Assembly: GCF_009914755.1 (NCBI RefSeq)
Contig: NC_060926.1
Origin: the human T2T-CHM13v2.0 reference genome, Homo sapiens
Reading direction: 5' to 3' (one strand)
Length of the DNA stretch: 64,000 nt
This document shows positions 55,455 to 64,000 of the stretch, piece after piece; position 1 is the stretch's first letter; the number at the start of each line of letters is the position of its first letter. A program made the translations under genes and the position numbers. The notes under the pieces are model-generated. The model made no database searches. It was not told the origin of the DNA and worked only from the letters and a program-made list of their open reading frames with translations.

Positions 55455-56670
55455 CTTCATTGAAGTATAATTGACAAATAAAAATTGTGTATATTTAACG
55501 TGTACAATGTGATGTTTTGATATACATGTACATTGTGAAGTGATCACAATCAAGCTGATTAACATATCCATCACCTTATAGGAGATAGTTGTTATTTTCT
55601 TTTTGCATATGTGTGGTGAGAACATTAATGTAAGACCTACACTCCTGGCAAATGTTGAGCAGACAACACATTATTATTAACTATAGTTACCATGCTGGAA
55701 CTTAGCTCTCCACAACTTATTCATCTTACATTACTGAAACTTTGTACCCTTTTTCCATCTTCCTATCTTTCCCTCCCACAGTCCCTGGTAACCACTGTTC
55801 TACTGTTTGCTTCTATGAATTTGACATTTTTAGAACCTATGTTTGAGATCCTGCAGTATTTGTCTTTCTGTGCCTGGCTTATTTCATTAAGCATAATGTT
55901 CTCTAGGTTCACCCATGTTGTTAAAAATGGTAGGATTTCCTTCTTTTTGTGACTGAATAGTATTCTGTTGTATATTATATCACATTTTCTTTATCCATTC
56001 ATCCACCAATGGACATTTGAATTGTTTCTGTATCCTGGCTACTGTGAATAATATTTCAGTGAATATGAGTGCAGATATTTCTTCAAGACACTGATTTTGT
56101 TTGCATTTGATATATACTCAGAAGAGGGATTGCTAGATCATATGGGAGTTCTATTTTTAATTTTTTGAGGAACCTCCATACTGTTTTTCATAATGACTGT
56201 ACCAGTTACATTCCACCAACAGTGTACAAAGGTTCCTTTTTCTCTACATACTAAACAACACTTGTAATCTTTGGACTTTTTGATAATAGCCATTTTAACA
56301 GGAGTGAGCTGATATCTCCTTGGTGTTTTGATTTACATTTTCCTGATGATAATCAGTGATGTTGAGCACCTTTTCATCTACCTGTTGGCCATTTGAAGGT
56401 TTTCTTTTGAGAACTGTCTATTCAAGACCTTTGTCTATTTTTAAAATTGGAATATTTATTTATTTATTTATTTATTGCTATTGTGTTGTATGAGTTCCTT
56501 ATATATTTTGGATACTAATACCATAGAGTTTGCATATCTGTAAGTTGCCTCTTCACTCAGTTGATTGTTTTCTTTGCTATCTAGAAACTTTTTAGTTTGA
56601 TGCAATTCCACTTGTCTATTTTTGCTTTCTTTGCCTGTCCTCTTGAGATTGTATTAAAAAACGTCCAGAC
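55455..56670 (-). mobile_element. L1MA (older) 3' portion
   Basis: ttgaagtataattgacaaataaaaattgt..atcaagctgattaacatatccatcacc. Confidence 0.85.
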
Positions 56671-56680
56671 TAGTTCTTAC

Positions 56681-64000
<7,320 letters not shown>

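Overview
Primate (most likely human or great-ape) genomic DNA: AluY/AluS, LTR12, L1PA/PB/MA/M, MIR, L2, MLT1, MER2, MER44 and Tigger1 fill most of the window. There is no intact protein-coding gene, RNA gene or CRISPR array, and the provided ORFs are mostly repeat-derived or chance. The short unique islands contain a series of + strand exon-like segments (AG...GT bounded, several phase-compatible across kb-scale repeat-filled introns). I read these as a decayed multi-exon gene (unitary or unprocessed pseudogene, or lncRNA scaffold) spanning about 1.1-55.1 kb. One exon is cleanly split by an antisense LTR12 solo LTR and reforms a 117-bp open exon when the LTR is removed. Other notable structures: a two-LTR non-autonomous ERV1 provirus with a tRNA-Glu PBS, a four-level nested insertion, a probable Alu-associated L1 deletion, and a possible short L1 3' transduction. 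Repeat subfamily names come from recall of consensus sequences. Boundaries are approximate unless TSDs are quoted.
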